Program-made: the position numbers and the translations under genes | The notes under the pieces: generated by a model | Seen by the model: the letters and a program-made list of their open reading frames with translations, nothing else | Databases searched by the model: none | What the model was told of the DNA's origin: nothing | Assembly: GCA_013265495.1 (NCBI GenBank) | Contig: MU058844.1 | Location: 3,911,895 to 3,975,894, forward strand | Direction of reading: 5' to 3' | DNA from: Vicugna vicugna | Taxonomy: Eukaryota | Length of the DNA stretch: 64,000 bases | Part shown: positions 12,151 to 25,135 of the stretch, in pieces | Numbering within the stretch: the first letter of the stretch is position 1 | Layout of the letters: each line of letters begins with the position of its first letter

Positions 12151-13917
12151 CTTTGTGGGACTGACAGTAGGGCTGGAACGGTAAAGAGCAGATACATTCA
12201 GTGCTGTGGTATTTGAGTTTGAGTTACTTATAAATCATCTCAGTCAGCATGTGGAATTTCTGAAAGAACATCCGGTAGTTTGTGAATGTCAGGAAAAGAA
12301 GACAAGCCCTTTGGTTGAAATGTGATTTTAGTGATGTTTTAAATTTAAGTAAAAGAGATAATAAAATAACCATGGCTCTTCCTGAGACATGATATTAAAG
12401 TCAATCAGTAAAGGATGTTTGGGGAGGAGTCCCTATTGCCCGCAGTAGGGGACCAATCTTGGACTCTCACAGCCTCTGTAACTCCATTTTCGAAAGCAGA
12501 CTGACTGCTCATTCCAGAATGCAAGAGTCACCACACCACTCAAACTCAGAAAACTACCTTCCTTCCCCCAAATTGCACATTGGGGTTGATAATCCCTCTT
12601 GACTTACTAATAGGGGGTGAAAATTTTAATTCAGATTTAATTTGGTATGTTAGTCATGTTCAGCCTATTGCTGTTTTGTATTTGAGCATAGCAATTTAAT
12701 CCGTACTCATTTTTCCTACTTTCTCTGTATTTTTTTCACTGCTTGGAATTGCCTTCTTTGTTCATGCTATCATTTAAAACTTCTTCATGGTGTTGATTTT
12801 TAAAATAGCCTATGGTCTTTGGCTCTTTATTGATAAAATAAAATTGTATTTAGCTTATTCCTTAGTGAAACTTATTTTCTACTTTAATCAGAAACTGGAG
12901 TGGGAGGTGAACCCTTGCATTATGTAGGATTTTTAGTGACTGGATATATTTTAAGAATAAGCATATGGGAAAGATGAATTCATTATTCATACTAAATCCA
13001 ACCATTTAGAATTCAGCCTTATATGAAAAGAAAATCCATGATATCCAACAGCCAACTATTTGCCAGATCAGTGAAGTATCTGACTCCAGGAGTATGTCAT
13101 TTTTTACAGCAAATACCTGACTTTGACTTGTATATTAACCTCAGTTCTTAAGGTAGCATGTAGGTATGTAAGTGAATTCTTTTTTTATTATTATGTAGAC
13201 TAACTCAAGCCATAAAAAGTAGAATTCAGTTTCTTCATGAGGCAAAGTGAAGCACAGTTTAAAAAAATATATGTGGACCTTCTCAGGAAAGTAAAGCAGA
13301 GATATTTAACAAACATGAAAAAAACAATTTGAAGAACATTTTCAGCTAAGAAACTCTGGGCAGTAAATTGATAGTACAGCTTGTTGAATATTTGCCTGTC
13401 ATGTATTGTTCATGCAAAATGTTGCCAGTAGACTCATATCTTAATTCGCCCAACACCAAATGCAGCACAGACTGTTTATGTAACCTAAGAACACACACTA
13501 TAAGTGACTGTTTTCCCCTGAATTAGCATTTATGAAGCAAATCACTTAACTATTCACAATAAATAAGTAAACAGACATTTGAAACCTTCCTTTGATATGG
13601 AAGTTATTTAACATTTAGAGAATAGAATAACCTCCAAATTTGTTTAAGAGAAAAATAATATAATTGACTCTCTTCTACAGTCTCTGCTAACATAGAGGAG
13701 CAGACTTCTGATTAGACGTGACACACTTTGAATATTTTAGAGTGCAAGTTCATTTTTATTTGTCAGAATTTCAACACATTTGTCAGGATGCAGAATACTT
13801 CATTGAAGATTTATCTTATAGATTTGTTTCCCTTTTTCTTTACATGACCAGAAAGTCACCTTGTTGTCTTTAGCATAATAAGCCACCTTAAAAGAAATAA
13901 ATCATTCTCTTTCTGAC

Positions 13918-13949
13918 TGTGTGTGTGTGTGTGTATGCTTGCGCGCAAG
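13918..13949. repeat. (TG)n microsatellite followed by 12-bp palindrome CTTGCGCGCAAG
   Basis: Read directly; palindrome at 13938-13949. Confidence 0.9.
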
Positions 13950-15339
13950 TGGGAGGAAGAAATTATAGGGCTCCTTAAGGCAATCAGAATTAACACCCCA
14001 GGTAGTTAGACAGGTTACCACATAGCAATGTTTATTTAAAAAACATGTGTCATGATCTCCTTTACATTTCAAGAGCAAAAAAGAATTGCCACCTGAAACT
14101 TTGGGGTGAGACTTCCCAGTGAAGGAAAAGGTAAGATGGTTTTAAGTTTGCAGATGGACATGTGAATTAATTCTGACACTCTGTGGCAGCTGGCATTTGA
14201 GGGATTGGCCTGTAAGAGTTGTCAGTTAAAACCACCAGCCTGAGGTGTTGTAAACAACACACAGCTGAGGTTGGCTTGGGAGGAAATTCGTGCTTGGGGC
14301 AGGGACCCCCTCAGGGCATATTAGCATCATCTCTGTGACTGTAAAGCCATTAGAACCAAAGTCAGCGAAAGGTTCCTCTCCCTGGGGAGTGGAGGTCAGA
14401 CTTCCTACCCTTCAGACTCTGTGGACCATGGACTTCCTACTAATTTGGCAGGTATGGATTTGACTGATTTAATACTTTTATAAAATAAGCAAAACTACCA
14501 TAATTTAAAGTTGATATAGCAATTCAAAGCAGCTTTATTTTGGGTGATTTTAGCATTTTTGCCTTCTTTTGCAACATACATCAGCATTAAGCAGAGTTGG
14601 GGCCGATCATTTTCAGACAGTGGTCACAAACTATTCGGTAGTTTCCTCTATAGAGTGTGAACCTGATCGAGGCTTATTTGGGGAATTATGGTGACAGTCA
14701 AAAGAATGAGCTTATTAAGATGTCACAGAATGCTTCAACATCTGGATAACAGAGTCCAGATGGAGAGCAGTGACAAATGCAGACTAATGTGAGTTTTCTA
14801 AAAACCTGAATTTCTGTTTTGTTTCTAGGACACAACCTAAAAGAAGGACATTGAGAGTAATTCTCAGACTTTATTTTTAAAAAGAAAAAATAAAGATTAA
14901 AAATTGGAACTTCTTTACGGAGAAAGAGGGGAATCATATCCTGTAAATCATTACCAGAGTTTTTAATTCTAGAGTATAAGAACATCCTTATTGGCTCAAG
15001 ACAAAGAAAGCCATCAATGATACGAGTTACCATGTTGGAGAAAGTGACTGGGAATACAAAATAAGGAGCAGAAACTGAGGGCATTTTTAAATACAGATTG
15101 CCATCTCACCCTTCAGGTAATTCAGACCACTAAATGGTCTCTTGAATGGCAAATAACAGAATGAAATAGAGACAACTAAGGGGTAGCTTATGTGGTTGTG
15201 TCTTGGAGGTAAGTGAAGTGCTCTGAGAGACAAAGCCACAATTACCATAGCAGGAAGTTTCAAGGAGCTAAAGCTGGGTTTGGGAATATAGGCCATGCTG
15301 GTTAAATTTCTTACTCTTACCAAAATATATCAAAATTAA

Positions 15340-15860
15340 AATATGTTTATATCCCCTTAATCTAACAATTCTACCATTGAATATGGTTCCCAAAGAAGTA
15401 AAAGCACTCTTATGTGAGAGGAAATATAAATGTAGAAAGAGATGGAGAAAGATTTTATACTAATTTATTGACATAAATATAGGGATGTTTCTGACAGAAT
15501 TGTTTGTAGTGGACCAAAAAAACCTGGAAAATTGAGAACATTTATCAGCAGAGGCATGGCTAAGTACATTTTGGTATATCCATGCTATGCAATATTATGC
15601 AAAATTAATGACCTATAGGCTGAAAAAAGCAAATTTAGGGTGATGTGCATAACATGATAACATGATCCTTTTGTACTAAATCAAAGTGAGAAATGTGTGT
15701 ATGCGTGTTTGTGTGTGTGTGTGTGTGGTGCAGGTGTGCATGGGCACATTTGCGTGAGAAGGGAGACAGATGTGAAAGGACACACCAGGCTGATTTTATT
15801 GGTTATCTCAGTGGAGCAGGATTGGAGGAGATGGTGGGGTAGGATCTATAAGATAAATCA
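15340..15860 (+). mobile_element. Old L1ME-like 3' region fragment with internal (TG)n
   Basis: Decayed ORF2-end/3' UTR motifs (CTAACAATTCTACC, GGTATATCCATGCTATGCAATATTATGC). Confidence 0.55.
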
Positions 15861-17037
15861 CTTTTAATGGCTAGATTGGTTCAAAGTTGCTTGGTTACCA
15901 GAATTTTCAAATCCAGTCTCTTTAAAATGAAAAACTAACAAAACAAACTACAATTTAAAAAAAACTCCAGAAAATTGGTCTACAGTTTGCCAATTTTTTA
16001 CTTTGTCAAAATAGAACATTTAAACATATGTATCTATTATCAATATTTTATAAAAGAAAAGACACTTAGTACAAAAATGAAGGAAAGGCATAAGCTAGAG
16101 GTGATCTTTCCAAGAAAGATAACCTTTCTTTCTTCGAAATATAACCACATGTAATATTGTTCTTATTTTTCTCATTTCAACACAATCTAGTGAGAACCTT
16201 ATCCTGGATCAAGCTTATGACCCATTTGTCTAGTGGAAAGCACTGTACTCAAGAGTCAGGACATCCAGATTCTTCCACAGACACTCACTTCCTCAGCTTC
16301 ACACAACCTAATCCCTCTGGGCTATGTCATCAGGAAGGCTGACCAGATAAATCTCAAAAGTCCCTTTGCTTTGCAGCATCCTATTATGATGATTTCACTT
16401 CTTACTCTTCACAGCTCCTCTGTTCTTTGTTTTTATTCATTTATTTAGCAAATGCTTATTGAGAGTCTATGTATACATCAGACATTGTGACTGCCACTGG
16501 GTCATAGCAATGAACAGGGTAGGCAAAATCTTTTTTCTCAGAAAGCTTGCATTCTTTTGGGGAGACAATAAGGAAACCAATGAGAGTAAATATAGAGAGA
16601 ATGACAGATTATGGCAAGTGCTTCAAAGGCACGTGATGAAGTGTGAATGTGGAGGGTTTAAGGAAAAGTGACCTGAGCTGAGTTTCCACCAAGGATTTTT
16701 CTGAGGATTTGAGCTGAGACCTGAAGAATAAATAGGCATGAGCTCAATGGGAGCTGGGTACAGAGCATGGCATGCAGAGGTAACAATTCATGAACTGCTG
16801 AGGGACTTGGTTACTCCAGGGACAGAAAGGAGACTGGTGAGGCTGAAGTGTGATGAGCAAATAGGGGAGTGGAGTAAAGGAGGAGGCAGGACAAAAGAGA
16901 ATGGAGAAGTGGGAAGCCAGATCATACAGGGCACAGGAAGTGTTTGAATTCTTACATAAATGCAATGAGAAGCCACTGAAAGTTTCTAAGCAAGGGAACA
17001 AAATAATCTGATTTATATTTTAAAATGACCGAGACCA

Positions 17038-17185
17038 GGGGGAGGGTATAGCTCAAGTGGTAGAGAGCATGGTTAGCATGCACAAGGTCCTGGGTTCAAT
17101 CCCAAGTACCTCCTCTAACAATAAACAAACGTACTTACCTCCCCCACCACCAAAATAAAAATAATTAAGTAATACAATAATAAAT
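17038..17185 (+). mobile_element. tRNA-derived SINE, camelid Vic-1-like, with TSD
   Basis: GGGGGAGGGTATAGCTCAAGTGGTAGAG (A box)..GGTTCAATCCC (B box), A-rich tail; 16-bp TSD AAAATGACC(G/A)AGACCA at 17022-17037 and 17186-17201. Confidence 0.9.
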
Positions 17186-17207
17186 AAAATGACCAAGACC
17201 ACTGGCT

Positions 17208-17560
17208 CCTACATGAACAACTACACAACATTGATTGAGGAAATTAAAGATGACTTAAAGAAATGGAAAGATATCCCATGCTGTTGGATTGGAAGAACTA
17301 ATATTGTTAAAATGGCCACACTACCAAAAGCAATCTACAGATTTAATGCAATCCCTGTCAAATTATTCAGGACATTTTTCACAGAACTAGAACAAATAAC
17401 CCCAAAATTTATATGAAATCACAAAAGACCCAGAATTGCCAAAGCATAATTGAAGAAAAAGAATGAAGCTGGAGGAATAACCTCCCAGACTTCAGACAAT
17501 ACTACAAGGTTCAGCTATCAAAATAGCGTGGTACTGGAACAAAAACAGACACATGGATCA
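17208..17560 (+). mobile_element. Internal L1 ORF2 fragment, no tail and no TSD
   Basis: Translates to [38 protein letters not shown] (ORF 17189-17416); L2 sequence on both sides. Confidence 0.92.
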
Positions 17561-20259
17561 GGAAGCAGGGAAGACAATATGGAAGCTACTGCAGCCTCCA
17601 GAGAAGATGTGATGCTGCTTTGGATTAGGACTGAGATGAAGGAAATAGAGTGGACTGGGACAATCTAAGAAAACTTTTGGAAGTTAAATAGGCTGGAATT
17701 TCTGAATTGGATGCAAGGGATAAAAGGAAGGAAAGAACCAAGGCTCACTCCTCTGTTTCTGAGTTGGGAAACTAGGAGGCAGTGCAATTTACAGACATGG
17801 AGAGAAGACCCAGAATGGAACAGGTTTGTTTTTTTTTTTCTTATTGGAAGCTGGGTGTGGAAATATTTGTTTCAACTGTGAAGAGCTAGAACTGCTGATT
17901 AGCCATCCAGGTGGAGATGTCGACCAGGCGGTTAAGGGGCTCAAGGGAAAAGTCAGGGCCAGAGACAGACATTTTCAGATGCACCAGCATATGCGTGGTG
18001 TTTCAGGTCACTTAGAGAGAAAGAAGGTGTTAAGCTTCAGCTACCCACAGCTGAATATCTATAGTTGATTCCAGATCTCTCAGCCAAGCTAAGTAAGAAA
18101 CAGTGATCAGTGAGGTAGGGAAAAAAACTCATGGTGAGCTATGATGTCTGTAATTTATTTTAAAATAACCTCAGCGTAGACCCTGTGACACGACGTATGT
18201 GTCATTGGTTACCCTACCCAGGAGTTTCCAGAGAACAGTAGACTCAACATTTAATCGGAAAAGTCACAATCTGGTGCATCTTTATCTTATGCTGACATGA
18301 TAGACTCTACTAAATATATTGGAGGTGGTGTTTCACTGATGAAATTAGTAGCTTTTCAATTAGCAAAGGGATGTTTAAAAATGAATTTTCATTATTGAAA
18401 TTAGCTTTACTTAAGTTACATGAGATGATTCTCATACACAGGTTTAAAAAGAATGTGTAATTTTGTACTTGGTGCGTGGAAGGTATACAATAATTTTTGG
18501 ATGTGTGGGATTTTTTTTTATTCCTTTGAAGCTAAGATTTCTTTAAAATTCTTAATTGGTATATAATGCCTAAACCTATTCTTTTAACTGTTCTTTTATT
18601 CTAGTACTTCTACTATGTTATTTGCTCTTTCTTTAAAGCACTTAAAAAAATTTTTGCTCAGAGCCCAGAACAAGAATACTTAATGGTAGACCTATCTTTA
18701 TAATTACCAGGGTTAACAAAATGTTTATATACATATATATTTACATATATATATATAACGTAATTTCCTCTCAGAGGTCTATGATTAAACACTTAAAATA
18801 TTGAAGGAATGTTTGATATCAATTACGGGAGGAAAAACTTAGAAAAAATTCAGAATAGTGAAGTAGAAGAACAGAAAGAAGAAAAGAAAAAAGTGGTTGG
18901 AGGAAGGGAGTAGAATAGAGGACATAACTCGTGTACATGCCAAATCGGAAATATTTCTGTCAATGGTCGTTTTTGCTACTGGGCCACAGAAATGGACCAC
19001 ATTGGTCCCCGGCGATCTTTAGCGGGGGTAAGGAAGATGGTTTGCTGGTATTTAACCACACTAAAATATTGCCCCAGGAGAGTCTGTTTTTGAAATTTGT
19101 AAGAGGTCCAATCACACTGTGGTTTGTGAATTGAACAAAGTACCCTAGAATGAGCTCTGAAACAGCCCAAATTTTGCAGCTTGACTTGCGTTCTGGTCCA
19201 AATTGCCAACAGTAAAAGACAAGCAAAGTACCCCAAATACCGCAGAGTAGGCCCTTCAGATAACACTATTTTACTGGTGGAAAATATAAACAGTTTTTTG
19301 CCCAAATTTCCATTGTGATCAAGGAAAATTTGCTGAGGAAGCAGTACTAATCTACAGAGAATTGTGAAACTGATGAGAGATTCAAATTACCCACGATTTG
19401 CCTTTGAGCCAAAACAAATGCAATATTTAGAAGCTCTTTCCCATAGGTATCTAAGGGAAGAGGGGAATTTTCACTGTGATACAAAAACTTTTTTTAGGAA
19501 AAAGATATTATGATCCTGATAAGAGAAAGCATGTTCTTAATCTGTCTCTCTAGAGTACTTACACGAGATGAGCAAATTGATGAGTTGTTGTGTTTTTTTA
19601 ACCCAAAATAACTCTTCACCCCATACCAACTATCTGCGGGTTTTCTAATTAGGTGAAGTGAAGTAAAGCAGTAACTTAGCCAGATTCTCTGCACAAGTCT
19701 TCTTGTTGGATCTGTTAACAAGAATTTCTGTCCAATGGTTTGTTTAAAGAATCTTGTTAAAATTTTAGGCCATAAAGGTAAAGCTATTGAGAGTATACAG
19801 ACATTCTATGTACTCACACTGCTTCTCTCTGGAATAATCTTCTTCTGCTGCCCCATAGGAATGGTCTAAGGGTGTACACATGTAATGTCACAGATTCATT
19901 CACAAAAGAAAAGGCACAGTTTTGTTTGTTGACACTGGTCAGGTTCATAGGTTCATATTAACACTCACTGACAAACCCAAAGGCAAATAAAGAGCAAATG
20001 CTCTTTTGTAATATAGATTTTCAGGAAGAAGATATTATAAGTACCTATGGACAGTTTTAAGACTTACAAGATTTATAATTCACACATATGTAAGCTTTAT
20101 AACATAGTAAATATATGAGTAGTTTCTCATAATACTATTACTGGAGGTGGTTAGCAAGATAACCACATTCCTGAAGAGAAATGCAGCCATTTGCAGTTTA
20201 AAGTCCATGTGGAATTTTCTTCAAAATTTTATTTATCTGGTCCTTTTGGGAAGCAGCAC

Positions 20260-20422
20260 AAAGTAGTAGCTAAGAGCACTCTGAAGTCATAGTGTTTTCT
20301 TAACCCAGTCTATCACCTGCTCACTGTGGGGTACTGATCAAGTTACTCAACCTCTCTGTGCCTCTGTCTTTACATCTATAATAATATCTAACTCTTGGGG
20401 CGTTGGGGGGATTAAATGAGAT
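20260..20422 (+). mobile_element. MIR SINE fragment
   Basis: CAAGTTACTCAACCTCTCTGTGCCTCTG..GGATTAAATGAGAT. Confidence 0.8.
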
Positions 20423-21195
20423 TTAGGTTCACAGAGAATTGAGAAGAAGGTACAAAGATTCCCCACATAGCCTCTGACCCCACACATGCACAGCCTTCCC
20501 CATAATCAACATTCCCCACCAGAGTGATGCATTTGCTACAACTGATGAACCTACACTGACATATCATAATCATCCAAAATTCACAGTGTTAAGTTGGGAT
20601 TCATGCCTGCTATGGTTTTGACCCATGTGACATGTATAATGACATCTATCCACCATTACAATATCATACAGAGTAGTTTCGCTGCCCTAAGAAACATCTG
20701 TGCTTCATCTAGTCAACCCTTCTCCCCTCTGACCTTTGGCAACCACTGATCCTTTCACTGTCTCCATAGCTTTGCCTTTTACAGAATGTCATGTAATTGG
20801 AATCATATATTATGTAGCCTTTTCAGATTGACTTCTTTTACTTAGTAATAGGCATTTAAGGTTCATATCTTTTCATGTCTTGATAGCTCATTTCTTTTTT
20901 TTTTCCAGCTCTGTTGAGGTATAATCAACAAAACTAATATATTTAAAGTGTACAATGTGATGATTTGATATATGTACACATTATAAAAAGCTTCCCAAAA
21001 TTGAGTTAATTAACACATCCATCACCAAACATAGGAAACTTTTTTTTTTTGGTGAGAACACAAGTTCTACTCTTTTAGCAAATTTCAATTACAGCTTTTC
21101 ACTGATAAGTAGGATGTCACCTGTGGGCTTGGCATATACTGACTTTATTAGGTTGAAGTATGCTCCCTCTACACTCATTTGGTTGAGAGGTTTTG
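20423..21195 (-). mobile_element. Nested old L1 fragments (L1MB-like 3' end, L1MA9-like 3' end, ORF2 piece)
   Basis: TTAGGTTCACAG..GATGAACCTACACTGACA; poly-T then TTGAGGTATAAT..AAAGTGTACAATGTGATGATTTGAT; ORF2 antisense piece at ~21093-21195. Confidence 0.75.
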
Positions 21196-21399
21196 CCTAC
21201 TTCCACTATGCAAAGCCTGGTATATAACAGGGGAGTGTTCTCATAGCCATTCAAAAAACTGCCTTTTTGTTTGCTAGAATATTATGGAGTTCTAAATGCA
21301 AGCTCCATTGGCTCTTAGAGTTAATACATACTTTAAAACATACTTATTGACCTCTCAAAGTTGTGGGATAGCTACAAGAGTTTTAAAATCTTCTTTCAA

Positions 21400-22477
21400 C
21401 TGAGTTAATGGAATTTTGTTTCAGAAGTTCACGTGGAAGTATATATTAGAGAGAACAGCCAAAACATTTTAAAAAGAATATTATCCATCTGGATATTTAA
21501 ATGCATTACTGAGCTGTAGCAGTTAACAAAAGATGGCATTAGCATAGAAATAGACAGATGATTGATAAAACAGAATAGAGAAACCCAGAAATAGACCCAT
21601 GCATACTAAGGAATTTAACTATAATAAAGTTGCATTTTAAATCAGTGAGATGCAGATGCATTATGAAATAAATGGCATTAGGAAAATTAAACACTAATTA
21701 AGAAGAATAGACTGTTAGATCCCTACCTCATATCTATATAAGTACATTCCAAATTGATAAAAGGGATAAGAAATTTTTAATTGAATAAATGTATTGGAAG
21801 AAATATAGAAATATAATTTTATAATCTCTAGGATGAAAATAGTTTCCTAGGCAAGACACAAAACCCTGAATCCAAAAAGGAAGATATTGGCATTTCACCT
21901 AAATATAATAATTTTTTAACTAAAGTTACCACATACAAATATACTACAAATAAAGTTACAGTTAGCAGGAGTCTTAGAAAAATATTTGCCAAAATATAAC
22001 TGAAAATAATTAACATCCAGGATATGTAAAGAGTCTCTACAAATTAATGAGAAAAAGTTAAATTATTTACAGAAAGTTTGGCAAATGATAGAAGAAAACA
22101 AATGGCAAAAACAACAACAAAATATGAAAAAAAAAGATTCTCAGCCTTACTTGTAATTAGGGATATGTATATCAAAATATCTATTCAATTAGAATAAACT
22201 TTAAAAAAATCAGTGAAAATCTTGTATTTATGGGGATACTGGCAAACAATTCCTGTCATCCACTCTTTGCGAACCTGTAAGTTGACAAAGGCTTTTTGTA
22301 GGGCAATTAGGAATTATTTTTCAAAATCAAAATAACACAGATCACTTGCCCAAGAATTCCACTTCTAGTAATCTAGTCTAAAAATAATGCTTATAACATG
22401 TCCAGAGATATTTCTATAAAGGCATCATTATTTATAGAAACAATTGTTTTGTAATTCTAAAAATTTAGAAAACACCC
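21400..22477 (+). mobile_element. Old L1ME-like ORF2 remnant (resumes at ~24416)
   Basis: CAGAATAGAGAAACCCAGAAATAGACCCAT, AGATCCCTACCTCA and other ORF2 C-terminal motifs. Confidence 0.7.
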
Positions 22478-24415
22478 CTATTAAGATAGGATTACGTTTA
22501 TCTATGATTGACAGAAAACCCCCAAATAATAGTATAACAGGGATTTGAACATGATAGTTTATTTCTCCTGCTTGATATGGCTGGTGTAAACACTCTGTTA
22601 CTATCAGAGATCTTTCTATCTTGTTGCTCTGCCATCCTCTATGTGCCTTTTACTTATGGTCCAATGTAACTGCTACAGCTTCAGTTGCTTGATGCATACT
22701 GGAATTAGCAGGTAGGAGGAAGGAAAGAGAAAAGCATGTCCCCTCCAAATAAAAACACTTACTGGATGTTGTTCATATCACTTTCACTTACATACCATTG
22801 GCCAGAACTTATCCATAGCCACATGACCACAACTAGATTCAAGGGAAACTAAAAGATGTAGTCATTATTCTTGGAATCCATGTGCCCAACTAATGGTTGA
22901 AGGTCTATTCCTAAACAATAGGAGAAAATTGATTTTGAGGGACAAGTGGTAATCTCTCCCACAGTCTGGCCATTTGTCCACCCAAGTAGTCATTTATATC
23001 CTTCTTTGGATATGTAGAACCTTTCCCAAGAGACACAGCCCCCAAATTCCATACAGTTATGACTATAGTGTCTTTAGATTATGTGTAATCTCACAGTCTG
23101 TCAACCGTTAAAATAAAAGGCAAGCTATCCAGTCCTAAACACATCCTATATATTATGCTGCAGTGGAACACGATAAACACAACAAAAGCGCCAGTTTGGA
23201 AAAGAAAAAAATGAGAACCACACAGAGTCACTGATCCTTAGTGACAATAAAATACACTCTGATGGCAGGCTTTTGATCTTCTACTATGGCTGCTGTTATT
23301 TTTATGTCTTGTTATAGCTATTGCTTTAGATTCTCACTAACTGCTTCAGTTTTTGGGTTAAAACAGTTGGCCTTCTTAACACTTCAAGGGACTATATTAT
23401 GGCACCCTCAATCAACCTAGATTGCAGGCCTAGACAGAGAGCACTCACTGAATGGGATTGTATTTCCTTCCATCTCGGCTGGATCTTCAGACTGGCTGGC
23501 TTTAGACTGTGGACATGACTTTTCCCATAGAACTTTGTTTAAAGGTGAAAGAAGCAATCAATACACCCTGATATTATTGTCTCTACCATTTCCTTTAATG
23601 TTACAGCCATGGTCAGCATATTGTACCATAGGAAACAACTGTATTAGATTTTATCTTCAAATAATAAAGTTCATCATCTTTCTAGAATGCAACATCTGAG
23701 TTCTCCCCATCATCCATTTGATTACTGAATCAATGACAAATATATGGCTTCTGTTACATGCAGCTCTCAATTTCAAGTTCAAAATTCCTTTGCACTCAAT
23801 GTCTAGTTACAGATAACAGAAACTACTCTAGCTAGTTTAAACTAAAAAGGATTTAGTGCAGGAAATTAGGTGCTTGAAAATTATTTGAAAGGCTAAAACA
23901 GCAAACTTTATGGTGAATCTCTAGAAATGACTCCCAGAACACTCCCACAGAATTGTGCCACCAAGCAAGCTTCTGTCTCCACCATGATCAGGAAAATAAA
24001 GGAAGCATGTAATACGTTCACACCTCTTCAGCCAGGATGTAGGGAAGGTGAGGCTGCCACTACATTCCGTTCCAGGATCATTCTCACTTAGACAAGATTC
24101 AGTCCAGCAATGTGGATATCAAGAACCCTACCTCCTGACATCTATGAAGCTAGGTTCCATGAATATGTCAGAAATTGCTGCTTCATAAAACCAAATACCA
24201 TAACTAAGCTCACTAGCAGAAACAGCGTAAGTACCAGGCTGCATTCCCAATATACGATTGTGTCTGCTCAATGAACGCAAAGTCCGTTTGGAACCTAAGT
24301 TGTAAAGGAATCTGAGAAAAGCAGTCTGTAACTTTTCAACCTTTGTCATTCAGTCAAGCGTGTTCCAAGATACTTGAAACGGACTGAAGTGAGTCAATGT
24401 GGAATATCTGCCACA
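22478..24415 (-). mobile_element. MaLR (MLT1) element: LTR (22478-22963), internal region (~22964-23788), LTR (~23789-24415)
   Basis: LTR ends ..CCCACA and ..CTGCCACA; internal termini GTCTGGCCATTTG and TTCTGTTACATGCAGC..AAAATTCC resemble MLT-int ends; host L1ME resumes after 24415. Confidence 0.6.
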
Positions 24416-24959
24416 GGACCTAAAAGCCCTTCAGTAAGAGAGGAGCTGAATGAGTGATGGAACATTTATGACAAGAAATATTAACATGCTATTACAAAGA
24501 ATACATACAATGAAACAGAAAAACTTATAGTCCACATGTCAAGGTTAAATATAAAATCAAGTTATCAGAAAAACTATGTACATGTATATTTCAATGTATA
24601 TGTATAATTAAATATATGGCAATGTATAGTTATATTATGTAAAGGTACAATCAAATAAATTTAAATGTGTAGAAGACAGAAGTTTGCATAACAAACTATT
24701 TATAGTATTGCCTTTGGAAAAGATGGTAAAAAAGAAAAAGAAAAACTTAAGTGACAAATGTACATTTTTTCTATCAATACTTCTCTACTGTTTAAATATA
24801 AGTAGAAGATAATGGTTTTTTAAATATAATTTTACAAAGTTAGAAAATTGTATATATACTTATAGACATGAAGAGGTGTCTATAGTATATTGGTAAACTA
24901 GGAAAAGTACATAGCAAATTATTATATTCAATATGATCTCATTGAGGAAAAATTATATC

Positions 24960-25135
24960 TATTTCCAGTTATATATGTATACACACATTATTATATATAC
25001 ACATGTGTGTATATCCATATATTATATATGCATATGTGATGTACATATATACATACAAATATACAATTACACATATGTATTATATATATTTGTATATACT
25101 TACATGCTTATATATACACTAAAAAAATGGACATA
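24960..25135. repeat. Low-complexity (TA/CA/TG) tract
   Basis: Degenerate ATATATGT/ACACAT repeats. Confidence 0.8.

Larger units (their letters stand above)
16432..18130 (-). mobile_element. L2 LINE remnant interrupted by a SINE and an L1 fragment
   Basis: Starts at the antisense L2 3' end (TTCATTTATTTAGCAAATGCTTATTGAG), then a purine-rich antisense L2 body. Confidence 0.8.

Noticed and set aside
17038..17112. tRNA gene
   Set aside because: A-rich tail, TSD and poor acceptor-stem pairing identify a SINE, not a functional tRNA
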